The translations under genes were made by a program, and so were the position numbers. This document shows, piece by piece, positions 17,727-27,047 of a stretch of 64,000 nucleotides of DNA. Source of the DNA: an uncultured Actinomycetes bacterium (lineage in GTDB: Bacteria > Actinomycetota > Thermoleophilia > Gaiellales > JAICJC01); NCBI GenBank assembly GCA_963718315.1, contig CAVQZC010000007.1, forward strand, positions 231,307 through 295,306, in the 5' to 3' direction. Position 1 is the stretch's first letter. Every line of letters begins with the position of its first letter. The notes under the pieces are model-generated. The model made no database searches. It saw only the letters and a program-made list of their open reading frames with translations, and had not been told where the DNA came from.

Positions 17727-18737
17727 CTATGCCTCGCCGTACGTGATCGTGTGGCACACGGCCGGCAGGCTCCCCGTGGCCAGCCGGGCCATCACTTCGG
17801 GAAGCTCGTCGAAGTGCGACTCGCCGGTGAGCAGCGCGTCGAAGGCGGGGTCGCGCAGCAGCTCGAGGGCGAGTGCCACCCGGTCGGCGGCCGTGCGGCG
17901 CGCCGCGCGAGCGGGGGAGACGACGCCGACCTGGCTCGAGCGGATGCCGAGGCGGCCGGAGTGGAACGCCCCTCCCAGCGAGAGCCGAACCTCGGTGTCG
18001 CCGTACCAGCTGAGGTCGAGGACGGTGCCCTCGGCGGCGAGCAGGTCGAGCGCGCGCTGAAGGCCCGCTGACGTCGCACTCGTGTGCACCGCGAGGTCGC
18101 AGTCGCCGTCGGCCTCGTCCGGAAGGGCGAAATCGACCCCGAGGGCCGCCGCAACGTCTGCCCGCGCGGGGTCGACGTCGACGAGGGTGACGCGCACGGC
18201 CGGGAACCCCTGGAGCACCCTCGCGACGCAGCATCCGAGCATCCCCGCGCCGACGACCGCAACCCGGTCGCCAACCAGCGGGGCGGCGTCCCAGAGCGCG
18301 TTGACCGCCGTCTCGACGGTGCCCGCGAGGACGGCACGGGCGGGTGGGATGCCGTCTGGCACGACCGCCACCGCGCCGGCCGGCACGACGTAGGCGGTCT
18401 GGTGGGGGTAGAGGCAGAACACGGTGCGGCCGCGCAGGTCGGGCGGGCCCTGCTCCACGGCGCCGACGTTCAGGTAGCCGTACTTGACCGGGCCCGGAAA
18501 GTTCCCCTCCTGGAACGGCGCCCGCATCTTCGCGCGCTGGTCAACCGGCACGCCGCCGCGGAAGACGAGCATCTCCGTGCCGCGGCTGATCCCCGACCGG
18601 ACGGTGCGCACCACAACGTCTGCCGGGCCGGGCTCAGGGAGCTCGACTGCGCGGATCTCGCCACAGCCGGGCGCTCGCAACCAGAACGCCTGTGCGACCC
18701 GGCGATCGACGTCCTCGTGTGTGCGCAGTGTTGTCAC
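17727..18737 (-). CDS. MDR-family zinc-type alcohol dehydrogenase-like oxidoreductase
   Basis: GroES-like N-terminal domain ([15 protein letters not shown]). Rossmann segment [14 protein letters not shown]. 336 aa. Confidence 0.75.
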   Translation of the reverse strand: MTTLRTHEDVDRRVAQAFWLRAPGCGEIRAVELPEPGPADVVVRTVRSGISRGTEMLVFRGGVPVDQRAKMRAPFQEGNFPGPVKYGYLNVGAVEQGPPDLRGRTVFCLYPHQTAYVVPAGAVAVVPDGIPPARAVLAGTVETAVNALWDAAPLVGDRVAVVGAGMLGCCVARVLQGFPAVRVTLVDVDPARADVAAALGVDFALPDEADGDCDLAVHTSATSAGLQRALDLLAAEGTVLDLSWYGDTEVRLSLGGAFHSGRLGIRSSQVGVVSPARAARRTAADRVALALELLRDPAFDALLTGESHFDELPEVMARLATGSLPAVCHTITYGEA

Positions 18738-18767
18738 AGGAGTCTCATGCCGAGGGTACGCCCAGCG

Positions 18768-19436
18768 TCAGGGGCTGGATTGGCGCCCGGCGGCGAGAAA
18801 CGCGGTCCCGAGGAACAACTCGTTCCACGAGAGATCGGCCAGCGTATCGTGCATGGCTGCGCGAATCACCTCCCACGGACGGCGTGCGACCCACTCGTCG
18901 ATCGAGCCGAACGGGCGCGCAACTGCGGTCGTGAGCTGCGCCAGCCATCGAGGAGCGTTGTTTGGCGCCTTCAGATCGAGCACGACCCAGCGCCCGCCGC
19001 CCGACAGCGCCGCGGCGCCGTGGGCGATCACCTCGCCGCACGCAGGCACCTGCGTCAGGGCGTAGGTGGATAGGATCGCGTCGACCTCGCCCGGGAAGTC
19101 GTACTCCGCCGCCTCGGATTGCACGAGGCTGACGTTCCGCCAGCCGTGGCTCTCGATGCGGCGCTGGGCCTGGGCGAGCATCGCGTCGGTCAGATCGACG
19201 CCGACGATTCGGCCCTCAGGCCCAATCAGATCCTGGATCAACGAGAAGTTGAGGCCGGTGCCGCAGGCGATGTCGACCACGGTGTCGCCTGGGGAGAGCC
19301 GGAGCGCTCGGATTGCCCGGAGGCGGTAGGCCTGCTGCGGGTAGCCAGGGGCAGGGTAGAGGCGGGAGGTGAGGTCGTAGTGCTTCGCCTTCCTGCGGTA
19401 TGTCGCGATCAGGTGCTCGCGCGTGGTGTCGGTCAT
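18768..19436 (-). CDS. class I SAM-dependent methyltransferase (UbiE/COQ5-like)
   Basis: Motif I is VVDIACGTGLN and post-I is IVGVDLTDAML. The ATG at 19436 is preferred over the ORF-track start. Confidence 0.7.
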   Translation of the reverse strand: MTDTTREHLIATYRRKAKHYDLTSRLYPAPGYPQQAYRLRAIRALRLSPGDTVVDIACGTGLNFSLIQDLIGPEGRIVGVDLTDAMLAQAQRRIESHGWRNVSLVQSEAAEYDFPGEVDAILSTYALTQVPACGEVIAHGAAALSGGGRWVVLDLKAPNNAPRWLAQLTTAVARPFGSIDEWVARRPWEVIRAAMHDTLADLSWNELFLGTAFLAAGRQSSP

Positions 19437-19499
19437 GCTCACGGTGTCTCTTACTCCCCGCGAGCCTTGATCGGATTCGGCCACTGCGCCGACCGCCGT

Positions 19500-19967
19500 C
19501 TAGGAATCCGAGTCGGGCGGCGTGCCCGACTCGACCGCAGCCTTGATCGCCGCCATCTCGACATCCATGACGCGCCGGATCCTGCCGTTCAGGACGCCGC
19601 CGGGGATCGCGCGCATGACGCCCTCGAGATCGACCTCGACCCACATCATGGCGTCGGTGTGTCCCTCGTCGATCGGCTCGAACTTCATTCCCCAGCGCGC
19701 CGAGGAAGTGCCCATCGGCCCGGCGAACGCCAGGCGGCGAGGCGACTTCACAACGGTCACCCTCTGGGCCCTGTGGCGGCTCGTCCCGAATGGCCCCTTC
19801 GCCCGCTGCTCCACCTGCGCGCCGGGCTCAACGGCGCCCCCGCCGGTCACCCAGCATTCGCGAACCGTCGGCGCCCACTCCGGCCAGCGTGCGACGTCAC
19901 ACAGATACGCCCAGACCTCGGGAACGCTGCTGGCTATCGTCAGGCGGCTCTCGGACCTGATCCCCAT
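19500..19967 (-). CDS. SRPBCC (polyketide cyclase/START-like) family protein
   Basis: About 155 aa from the ATG at 19967. Pattern SSVPEVWAYLCDVARWPEWAP ... is typical of the family. Confidence 0.55.
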   Translation of the reverse strand: MGIRSESRLTIASSVPEVWAYLCDVARWPEWAPTVRECWVTGGGAVEPGAQVEQRAKGPFGTSRHRAQRVTVVKSPRRLAFAGPMGTSSARWGMKFEPIDEGHTDAMMWVEVDLEGVMRAIPGGVLNGRIRRVMDVEMAAIKAAVESGTPPDSDS

Positions 19968-20080
19968 CGCGTCGGCGAGGCTACAGCCTGCCCGTGGCGC
20001 CCGCAAGTGCCGCTTCGATGGCGCAGCGGCCGCCACGGGTTCTCCCAATTCCGGACTTCTCGACAGCGGCAGAGACGGTG

Positions 20081-20713
20081 CTAGAGCGGGCCGGTGGCGT
20101 CGTCTCTGCGCGGCCCGACGTCGTTGACGCCGCGAGCGTCCGCAGCGGATGAGGCGAGTGCGGCGGCCGCGGTTTCGACGCGATACGGCTCAAGCCGCGC
20201 GAACTGGTCGTTGGCGCGCCCGATGAGACGATCGAAGTCGACGTCGGCCAGCGCTTGGTGGTTGGCGGCTCGGAGTGCCAGCCACCCGGCTCGTTTTCCC
20301 AAGATCCCAATGCAGAGCGCCTCCAGCTCCAGCAGGCGGCTGAGGGCATCATTCCCCGTAACCGCGTTGCTGGCCTTGAGCCGGAATGCCTTCTCGGCAA
20401 CCCTGGCAGCCGTCTGCTTCACCACGCCGGCATCTGCATCCACCCGCGCCATGATCTCCAGCAGCGTCTCGCGATCCTGCTCAATTTCGACGGTGACCGC
20501 ATCGACCACTCCTTCGAAGACCTCCGTGTGGGCATGCCCACGCATGGCCGCGAGCAGATCAAGCGCTGCCGCCGACCCGGCCAGGTGGTCATTGAGGTAG
20601 GTCGCAATCGCCTTTGACTCTGCCACCTTCACCCTCCGCCGGGTGCCGGGAGTATCGACGGCGGAGTCGGTACCCGGGCGGTGGCGGGGTGGTGTACGGA
20701 TGGGTTCGGTCAC
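20081..20713 (-). CDS. hypothetical helical protein
   Basis: 210-aa ORF with good GC3 and no family recognised. The GTG start overlaps the stop (GTGA) of a possible 51-aa Pro/Glu-rich ORF at 20710-20865. Confidence 0.45.
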   Translation of the reverse strand: MTEPIRTPPRHRPGTDSAVDTPGTRRRVKVAESKAIATYLNDHLAGSAAALDLLAAMRGHAHTEVFEGVVDAVTVEIEQDRETLLEIMARVDADAGVVKQTAARVAEKAFRLKASNAVTGNDALSRLLELEALCIGILGKRAGWLALRAANHQALADVDFDRLIGRANDQFARLEPYRVETAAAALASSAADARGVNDVGPRRDDATGPL

Positions 20714-21441
20714 GCGGGCGTCTCCGGGTCGCCGTGGACGTCTGGTGTCTTTTCAGGCGACTTTGGGGTCGGCTCAGGCTTGGCCGGCGGTTGCGCCTGA
20801 CCCGGGCCGTCTGCCTCGGGACGTGTTCCTTGCCCCTTCTCTGGGGTTCGGGGGTCGCTGCTCATCTGATGCCCTTCGGTTGCTGGTGGTCCGTGCTCCA
20901 GTGCCCCGTCAGTGCATCAAGCAAACCGTTCGCCGCCTGCGTTTGCACACCAGCACTCTGCGCGTCCCCGTCTACGTCTCGGCGACGCCAGTCGTTTCGA
21001 CGATCCGGGCTACGACGTCGTTCTCAGGTTCGCGGCGGGCGGCTGCGGGGTACAGGGATGAGGCGGCGTGCGGAGGGGGAACAGGACGCTCCGGTGTCGC
21101 GCGTGTTTCGCCCAGGCCCGGGATACCCCGATGGTCGCTCCCCGGGTCTGGGCGACACTCCCGATTCCGTGGCCTCAAATGCTGCCCTGCTACGCTGTGA
21201 GTTCAGAGGAGAGCCCGCCGCTGGTTTCTGCGATTTAGCCTCCCCGCAGCCCGCCGTCCTCATTGCCGACCGCCGTTCGCGGTGGTCCGAGAGGAGAGGA
21301 CGCAGGCATGGAACCCGAATCATTCCAGCCCGGCCCGGCTACGCATGGCGAGGAGCTGTTCATGCCTCCTCCGCGGCGGCCCGATGGCACAGGGCGTCGA
21401 ATGAAGGCGGTCGCGACGACGACGCGGTCGGCGGTTCGTCC

Positions 21442-21711
21442 ATGACACGCCTTGACGCATTCGTGGTGTTTCCGCCTCGCTACGCGCGGACGCCGGCGGG
21501 ACTTGGTGCGGCCGAACAGGAACTGGCGCGGCTGACGGCAACCCACAGCGCATATGCCAATCAGCCGAACATCAGCAAGACATGGCAGGGATACATTGAC
21601 AAGCAGGCCGATGCGGTCGATGCGCAGCGGACGATCGTCGAGGCGCTCCGAACAGCCATTGCCGGCTCGACGACGAGATCGCCCCGGCTTGCCGGCTCAC
21701 CCGCAACCTGA
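21442..21711 (+). CDS. hypothetical protein (89 aa)
   Basis: The ATG overlaps the stop (ATGA) of a 45-aa ORF at 21308-21445 that is preceded by GAGGAGAGGA. It is the only plausible part of track ORF 20614..21711. Confidence 0.3.
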   Translation: MTRLDAFVVFPPRYARTPAGLGAAEQELARLTATHSAYANQPNISKTWQGYIDKQADAVDAQRTIVEALRTAIAGSTTRSPRLAGSPAT

Positions 21712-21748
21712 TTGAGGCGGTCGGTGGCAAGCACTCCACCGTCAAGGC

Positions 21749-21931
21749 ATGAAGACGCGACACAGCAATCGTAGTTCGGTGATCGGCAGCTATACCTTGG
21801 TCGCAGGGGCACGCCGAGCACGACCAGCGGACGCCGGACTCTGCACGAGTTGCGGCGCGCACCTGTCGGTCTATCGGACAGGCAGCGAGACGAAGTGCGC
21901 ACCCTGCGCCTCATCCGCCCAGCGGCAATGA
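21749..21931 (+). CDS. small CxxC...CxxC zinc-ribbon-like protein (60 aa), hypothetical
   Basis: CTSCGAHLSVYRTGSETKCAPC. GC3 is moderate and the gene sits in a lower-GC patch. Confidence 0.3.
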   Translation: MKTRHSNRSSVIGSYTLVAGARRARPADAGLCTSCGAHLSVYRTGSETKCAPCASSAQRQ

Positions 21932-21965
21932 TGTACGACATGACCTGCAAGGGGGCGAGCGAGAA

Positions 21966-22157
21966 ATGGCCCGTGCACCAGTTGGAGCGCGAGTGAACCG
22001 CCGGAACCTGCGCGACGCGATCCTCACGCTCTTCGGCGTGATCTCTGTCGTCAACGGTGCCTTCGGCAATGGGCATCTGCTGATCGCCGTACTAGGGGCG
22101 ATAGCGCTCGCGTTCGTCGCGTGGCAACGGTTGCCCCGACGCGCGGCATCCGGGTAG
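21966..22157 (+). CDS. small membrane protein (63 aa), hypothetical
   Basis: Two hydrophobic segments (AILTLFGVISVV and LLIAVLGAIALAFVAW). Confidence 0.3.
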   Translation: MARAPVGARVNRRNLRDAILTLFGVISVVNGAFGNGHLLIAVLGAIALAFVAWQRLPRRAASG

Positions 22158-22387
22158 GTCGTCTGCCGGGCATCGGAGCGTCGCCCCGTCGGGGATACTT
22201 GACCTGTAGAACGGAGGGGGCCCGGTCCCCCGGCCTGCTCGACTTGCCTCAGTCATCGGCCGACTCTCCACGTATGCAACCCACACGATCCGCTGATTCT
22301 GTCAGAGTGTCTAGTGGGTCACTGGGTCACAACTGGGTCATGCAGTGGCCCACGGATTTGTCGTGTTCTCGCTGCCGAAACTCAGGT

Positions 22388-23048
22388 GCCGGCTTCTGCA
22401 GTACGATTGTCAATAGCGGAAACTACCGCTGGCCGATCGATCGTCCAAGAGCCGCACCACCCGTCCTGGAGACGGCTCGCCGCCCTGATTGTCACCGCTG
22501 CGCTACTGCTACTAGCTATCGGTTACTGGAACCACACTACCCAGCCCGCTGATCCGCTCCGCTCCGGAGGCGGCTACCTGGGTATAGAGGGAATGGGCGC
22601 TCGTGTTCCGGTCGGCAAATCGGGCGCGTTTGTCTGGTACCTCGTTGGCCGCAACGCGAACAGCCACGCCGTCATCACCGGCGTCACCGTGCCCCACATC
22701 CAAGGCCTTCGGCTGCGACTGCAGCGAGTCATGGGCCCCCCACACGCCGGCGGCGAATGGGGAGTACTTCCCCAGACCGCCAGCCATCCGGGAGGGGTGA
22801 GCCTGTCCCAGCTCCGACCGCTGGTCGGCGCTCATCTGCGGTTGCAGCCATGGGGCGCTGGATTGACGACCACCGGTCTCGCCTTTGCGCTGGTGGCGAC
22901 GCCGACACGGCCCGGCTGCTACACGATCAACGGGCCGGTGACCATCCGGTACCGCGTCGGTGACTCCACCTTCAGCCGCTCGTTGAACGGCACCGACTGG
23001 GTATCGACGCGGACCGACGACTCCTGCGGAAACCTGATGCCTGGTTAG
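22388..23048 (+). CDS. membrane-anchored hypothetical protein
   Basis: Single N-terminal helix LAALIVTAALLLLAIGYW followed by a domain of about 170 aa. Start very uncertain (track ORF begins at 22314; GTG at 22388 is chosen). The 5' part has atypical low-GC codons. Confidence 0.4.
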
Positions 23049-23191
23049 GACCCCGGCAGCATCCCGGGGCAGCTCGATGACCTGGAGCGCCGACAGAGGG
23101 GGCCTAGGTGCAACTCCTCCAGCGGCACCTACACCGCTGGCTGATAGCTGCTGATCCGCAGGTGTAGGCCTGGCGGGATCCGTCAACGGGC

Positions 23192-24613
23192 CTACCAGAG
23201 CTGCTCGGGGCCGCGCCAGCCGGGCTCGTCGCTGACCCCGAAGAGCAGCTGGCTGCGAGCGTCCATGCTGGCAACCAGGGCCTCACCGAGGTTTAGGGCG
23301 CGCAGGGCCTGGGCGGAGCTGAACTGCGTCAGCAGGTCGCGGGCGAGCGCCGGCTGGCCTGACTGGAGCAGGAGGCGGGCGGCCTCGGTCAGTGCCGGCA
23401 ACTGGGCCGCGATGTCCAGCTCCAGCGCGACCCAGACGGGCGTCACCTCCGGCAGGAACAGCTCGTGGTGCTCGGACACCAGGTAGAGGAGCCGCTTGAA
23501 CGTCGCGACCGCTGACCTCGTCGCCTCGACGCTCTGGGAGACCGAGGAAGGCGGCTCGTCATCGAGGACGTCGACGTACGCGGCGTCCTCGCCCGCCGTC
23601 AGGTAGCGGTGGCGGCGGAACTCCGGCGGTACCGAGGCGGCGCCGAGGAAGAACGGCGTGAGCGGCGCCGCCACCGCGCCCACGGTCGCGTGCCAGAGCA
23701 CCTGCAGGTCGGAGTGCTCGAGCCTGCCGAGCGGCACCACCTGTCCGTACCCAGCGGAGTCGCCGGTCAGGCGCTCGGTGCGGACGGCCCAGATCATGTC
23801 GGTGAGCGTGATGCCCTCCGGCCGGGCGGCGCGCTCGGCGAGCCCCGCCTCGATCCATCGAGCGCCCTCCCACTGTCCCTGCCCGTCGCCGTACACCGCG
23901 TTCGCGTTGAACGGCCCGTCGGCGCGGCTGTACCAGCCCTGGTCGACCGCGAAGGAGATCAGGTGCGGGGAGCCCATGTAGTCAGGGTTGGCATCGAAGT
24001 CCGCGGGCACCTCGCCGATCACGCCGGGGCGGCTGATGCGGATGGCGTCCGAGCCGACGCGCTCGGCGACCCACAGCTTCTGGGCGCCGGCGAACTCGAT
24101 CATCACCCAGGCCTCGTCAGCGTCGGCGATGAGGTGGGAGTTCCCGCCGTAGGTCGCGTCGCCGTGGCGGTCGACGAGCTCCCCGATCAGCTGGGCGCCC
24201 TCGCGGGCCGTCCGCGCCCGCTCCATCACGATGCAGGCCAGGTCGCTGTAGTTCAGGCCCTGCTGGTCGGCCGGGGTCATTTGGCGGAGTCGCTCGCTAC
24301 TCGGAGACCAGACGTCCCGTACGGCCACGCCGTGCTCGTTCACCCCGCCGTTGGTGATCGGCTCCGGCACGCCCCGGTAGTACGAGTAGCCGACGCGCAT
24401 GTGGCGTGCGGTGACGGGAGTCTGAGGGATCGTCGAGCGGACGCCCGGCATCAGCGACTCCGGCGTCACTCCGACCTCGATCTCGGAGCCCGCGGGATGC
24501 TCGGCGCGCGGCACGATCTCGAGCCAGTGGCTCGACGGCTCGTCGCCGTACCCGGCGAGGTACGCGCAGCCGTCGGCGGTCAGATCGCGCCCGACGTAGA
24601 CGGCGTAGCTCAC
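23192..24613 (-). CDS. Ntn-hydrolase, peptidase C69 (dipeptidase)-like protein
   Basis: 473 aa. The N-terminus MSYAVYVGRDLTADGCAYLAGYGDEP resembles the C69 N-terminal strand, but Ser replaces the usual Cys nucleophile. The call rests on resemblance only. Confidence 0.5.
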   Translation of the reverse strand: MSYAVYVGRDLTADGCAYLAGYGDEPSSHWLEIVPRAEHPAGSEIEVGVTPESLMPGVRSTIPQTPVTARHMRVGYSYYRGVPEPITNGGVNEHGVAVRDVWSPSSERLRQMTPADQQGLNYSDLACIVMERARTAREGAQLIGELVDRHGDATYGGNSHLIADADEAWVMIEFAGAQKLWVAERVGSDAIRISRPGVIGEVPADFDANPDYMGSPHLISFAVDQGWYSRADGPFNANAVYGDGQGQWEGARWIEAGLAERAARPEGITLTDMIWAVRTERLTGDSAGYGQVVPLGRLEHSDLQVLWHATVGAVAAPLTPFFLGAASVPPEFRRHRYLTAGEDAAYVDVLDDEPPSSVSQSVEATRSAVATFKRLLYLVSEHHELFLPEVTPVWVALELDIAAQLPALTEAARLLLQSGQPALARDLLTQFSSAQALRALNLGEALVASMDARSQLLFGVSDEPGWRGPEQLW

Positions 24614-24756
24614 CGCGCAACCCTAACCGGCGTTGGCGGGATCGCGGCGCTCCTCATACGTGGTGCCCTCGCTGGCAGCACGGTGACTACGGTGCTGGAG
24701 AGGTCAGGGGGTTGGGCGAGTGCCGTTCGAGAACTGATTCGGCTCTATCAGTGAGG

Positions 24757-24827
24757 CTGCGGGGCAGGGACTCGAACCCCGACTACCTGATCCAGAGTCA
24801 GGCGTCCTACCATTAGACGACCCCGCA
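24757..24827 (-). tRNA. tRNA-Gln (anticodon CUG)
   Basis: The reverse complement reads TGCGGGG TC GTCT AATGGTA GGAC G CCTGA CTCTGGA TCAGG TAGT CGGGG TTCGAGT CCCTG CCCCGCA G. It forms a 7-bp acceptor stem with U1-A72 and discriminator G73 (Gln identity features), has a GTTCGAGTC T-loop, and CCA is not encoded. Confidence 0.85.
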
Positions 24828-24876
24828 AAGGGCGAGCGCAGGATACCAAAGGCTTCCGGCGCTCCTCTGTTATCGG

Positions 24877-25788
24877 CTAGAAGCGGAAGCTCTCCAGCAG
24901 GCGCTTCTCGGACTCGCCCTCGATGGTGGCCGCCACCTCGATGTAGGGCTCGAGGCCCGAGCCGCGCAGCTTGCTCTTCAGCAGGTTGTCGACCTGGTAG
25001 AGGCCGGCCGAGTTGTTCATCCGGATCTCGACCAGCACCTTGTCGCCCTCGCCGCTGCCGATCGAGACCTCCTCGATGGCCGCGGCCGACAGCGAGTGGA
25101 TCGAGACGCGGCCGGACTCGAAGGGGATCCGGGAGCGGCCCTTGGCCATGTCGAGGGCATCGGCCACCCGCACGATCCCGGCCTCGAGCGACAGCGGCTC
25201 GCCGTCGCTGCGGTGCGAGATGATCGTCTGCAGCACCTCGGCCTGGACGATCGTCGACTCGGGCTCGTCGTAGATCCCTTCCAGCAGGCGCGGCAGGCGG
25301 TCGGCGGCCAGGAACAGGCTCATCTCCTCGTGGCCGTTGCGGTGGATCGCCATGCCCAGGCAGTGCGTCAGGCAGCCCAGCGCGACCACCACCTCGGCGT
25401 CCTCCTGGCGCATCCCGTAGTCGCGCACCATCCCCGGCTCCACGCCCGTCCGGCGCAGCTCGCGCAGGAGCTTCAAGCCGATGTTGGTCACGATCTGGAT
25501 GTGCACCCAGGAGTGGTCGTTGATCTGGAGGCGGGTAACGGCGTTGACGTTGGCCGCGTGCCACAGCGCCTTCAGCGAGTCGTCGTGGTTCACCCGATCG
25601 ATCAGCTCGCGGAGCGGCCGGTTGCCGCGCGCGGGGAGGTTGATGCGCATGTCGCGCACAGCCTCGGCGGGCGTCATCCGGGCGCCGCGCTCCGCGCGCA
25701 CGCTGACCGGCGTGCCGGGAGCGGGCTCGGATCCGGCGGGGATCTCCTCGGGCTCTGGGGCGCTGCCTTGCTGACTCTCTGCTTCCAC
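24877..25788 (-). CDS. HD-domain metal-dependent phosphohydrolase
   Basis: HSWVHIQIV ... LTHCLGMAIHRNGHEE ... RVADALD (HD-type His/Asp ligands). An alternative start is Met38 (25677). Confidence 0.7.
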   Translation of the reverse strand: MEAESQQGSAPEPEEIPAGSEPAPGTPVSVRAERGARMTPAEAVRDMRINLPARGNRPLRELIDRVNHDDSLKALWHAANVNAVTRLQINDHSWVHIQIVTNIGLKLLRELRRTGVEPGMVRDYGMRQEDAEVVVALGCLTHCLGMAIHRNGHEEMSLFLAADRLPRLLEGIYDEPESTIVQAEVLQTIISHRSDGEPLSLEAGIVRVADALDMAKGRSRIPFESGRVSIHSLSAAAIEEVSIGSGEGDKVLVEIRMNNSAGLYQVDNLLKSKLRGSGLEPYIEVAATIEGESEKRLLESFRF

Positions 25789-25819
25789 CGCGGTGGAGGC
25801 TATCAGCCGCGACGCGCGC

Positions 25820-26965
25820 CTATTTGCCGACGGGCATTACGCGCCAGCCGAAGGCAAACGCGTCGTGGTACCAGCCGGCGCCCGGCCCCATGTAGTCGAG
25901 CGTGACGCCCGCGCCGTCGCCGTGGCTGTTGATCGTCCAGCCGTTGCCGAGATAGATACCGGTGTGGTACACGGTCGAGCCGGCGGTGTAGATGCCCCTG
26001 GGCGCGCTGCTCCAGAACAGGATGTCGCCCGGCCGCAGGTTGGCGTAGGTGATCCGTCTTGCCAGCGGCACGTGCGAGGCCATGTCGTAGGTCGTCCGCC
26101 AGGGGATCTGGGCGTTGCCGCTCCAGGTGCCGTCCGAGGCCGTGTAGGTGTGCAGCTTCAGCACCCACCACACGAAGCCCGAGCAGTCGAACCCGCCTGC
26201 GGCCGGGAGGCCGAACAGGTTCTGCGGCCGGGGCGAGATGCCACCCCAGATGTAGGGCGCGCCGGAGAAGGCAAACGCGGTCCCCAGCGCCTCTCGCTTC
26301 AGCGGCGGGTACAGCGGCAGCTTGCCCAGGATGGTCGTCAGCTGGGTCGCCGAGTACCGCCAGTACGAGGACAGGTGGGCCAGCTGGTACGCCTGCACCG
26401 CGAGGTTCGCGCGGCGCAGCGTCGTCCCCGGCCAGGTCTCCCAGCTGTCGGCGCCGAAGGGCACGTTGTACCGCGCTCCGATCGCCTTCACGACCTGCTC
26501 GACGCCGAAGCTCCCCGGCACCGGCGGATGCCATCCGCCACCGTCGGTCAGCGCCACCTGCAGGTGCGCCGCGGTGCCGGCGAGTCCGAGCATGCGGACG
26601 ACGCCGGTATCGAGCTGGTACTGGTTGAGCGTTCCGAACGGGCCGCCGACCGGGCTCAGCCAGCCTGCCTTGAGCGCCTGGTTGTACGGGCTCGCCCACA
26701 TCGCGACGTGGTTGATCTGCCTGTTGGCGAGCGCGAGTACACGCGCCGCGGAGTAGCGCGTGGCCGGCGCCGCCGGCGCGAAGTCGGCGGCGGAGGCGTC
26801 CCGCAGCGGTACCCAGGTGGTGCCCACCGACCAGAGAATCTGCGGCCGCGCCCAGAAGCTAGCCGAGACGTCCTTCGGCGCCGGCGTCGTGGCGGCCGCC
26901 GTGGACGGCGCCACCAGTGCGGCCACCAGGACCGCGATTGCCATGAGACCCTTGAACCCCCGCAT
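25820..26965 (-). CDS. secreted NlpC/P60 peptidoglycan hydrolase
   Basis: Signal peptide MRGFKGLMAIAVLVAALVAPSTAAA. The C-terminal core is GGFDCSGFVWWVL ... GDILFW ... YHTGIYLGNGW. Confidence 0.8.
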   Translation of the reverse strand: MRGFKGLMAIAVLVAALVAPSTAAATTPAPKDVSASFWARPQILWSVGTTWVPLRDASAADFAPAAPATRYSAARVLALANRQINHVAMWASPYNQALKAGWLSPVGGPFGTLNQYQLDTGVVRMLGLAGTAAHLQVALTDGGGWHPPVPGSFGVEQVVKAIGARYNVPFGADSWETWPGTTLRRANLAVQAYQLAHLSSYWRYSATQLTTILGKLPLYPPLKREALGTAFAFSGAPYIWGGISPRPQNLFGLPAAGGFDCSGFVWWVLKLHTYTASDGTWSGNAQIPWRTTYDMASHVPLARRITYANLRPGDILFWSSAPRGIYTAGSTVYHTGIYLGNGWTINSHGDGAGVTLDYMGPGAGWYHDAFAFGWRVMPVGK

Positions 26966-26975
26966 ACCCGGTGCT

Positions 26976-27018
26976 TATCGGACGGTGTGCAAGTAGTCTT
27001 GAGTAAGCAGACTGTTAG
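26976..27018 (-). promoter_or_regulatory. conserved upstream block, copy A (before the NlpC/P60 gene)
   Basis: The minus strand reads CTAACA-N6-TTACTCA-N6-CTTGCAC-N3-GTCCGATA, ending 10 nt before the ATG at 26965. The same blocks and spacing occur at 28391-28433. Confidence 0.35.
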
Positions 27019-27047
27019 CTCGCCGGACGACGCGTTGCCGGGACGGC

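Noticed and set aside
20614-21711. The 365-aa plus-strand ORF spanning the low-GC patch.
   Set aside because: It overlaps the 5' end of the minus-strand gene 20081..20713. Most of it translates to Cys/Arg/Ser-rich junk with poor GC3. Only the last 89 codons, preceded by a coupled mini-ORF, look plausible.
23100-24830. An integrative element at tRNA-Gln.
   Set aside because: No integrase, excisionase or repeat of the tRNA 3' end is visible. The gene next to the tRNA 3' side is an ordinary-looking hydrolase with host-like composition.
26966-27047. A c-di-AMP (ydaO-type) riboswitch upstream of the NlpC/P60 genes. This would also apply to 9365-9440.
   Set aside because: The intergenic regions are only about 80 nt, too short for that riboswitch, and none of its conserved segments are recognisable.
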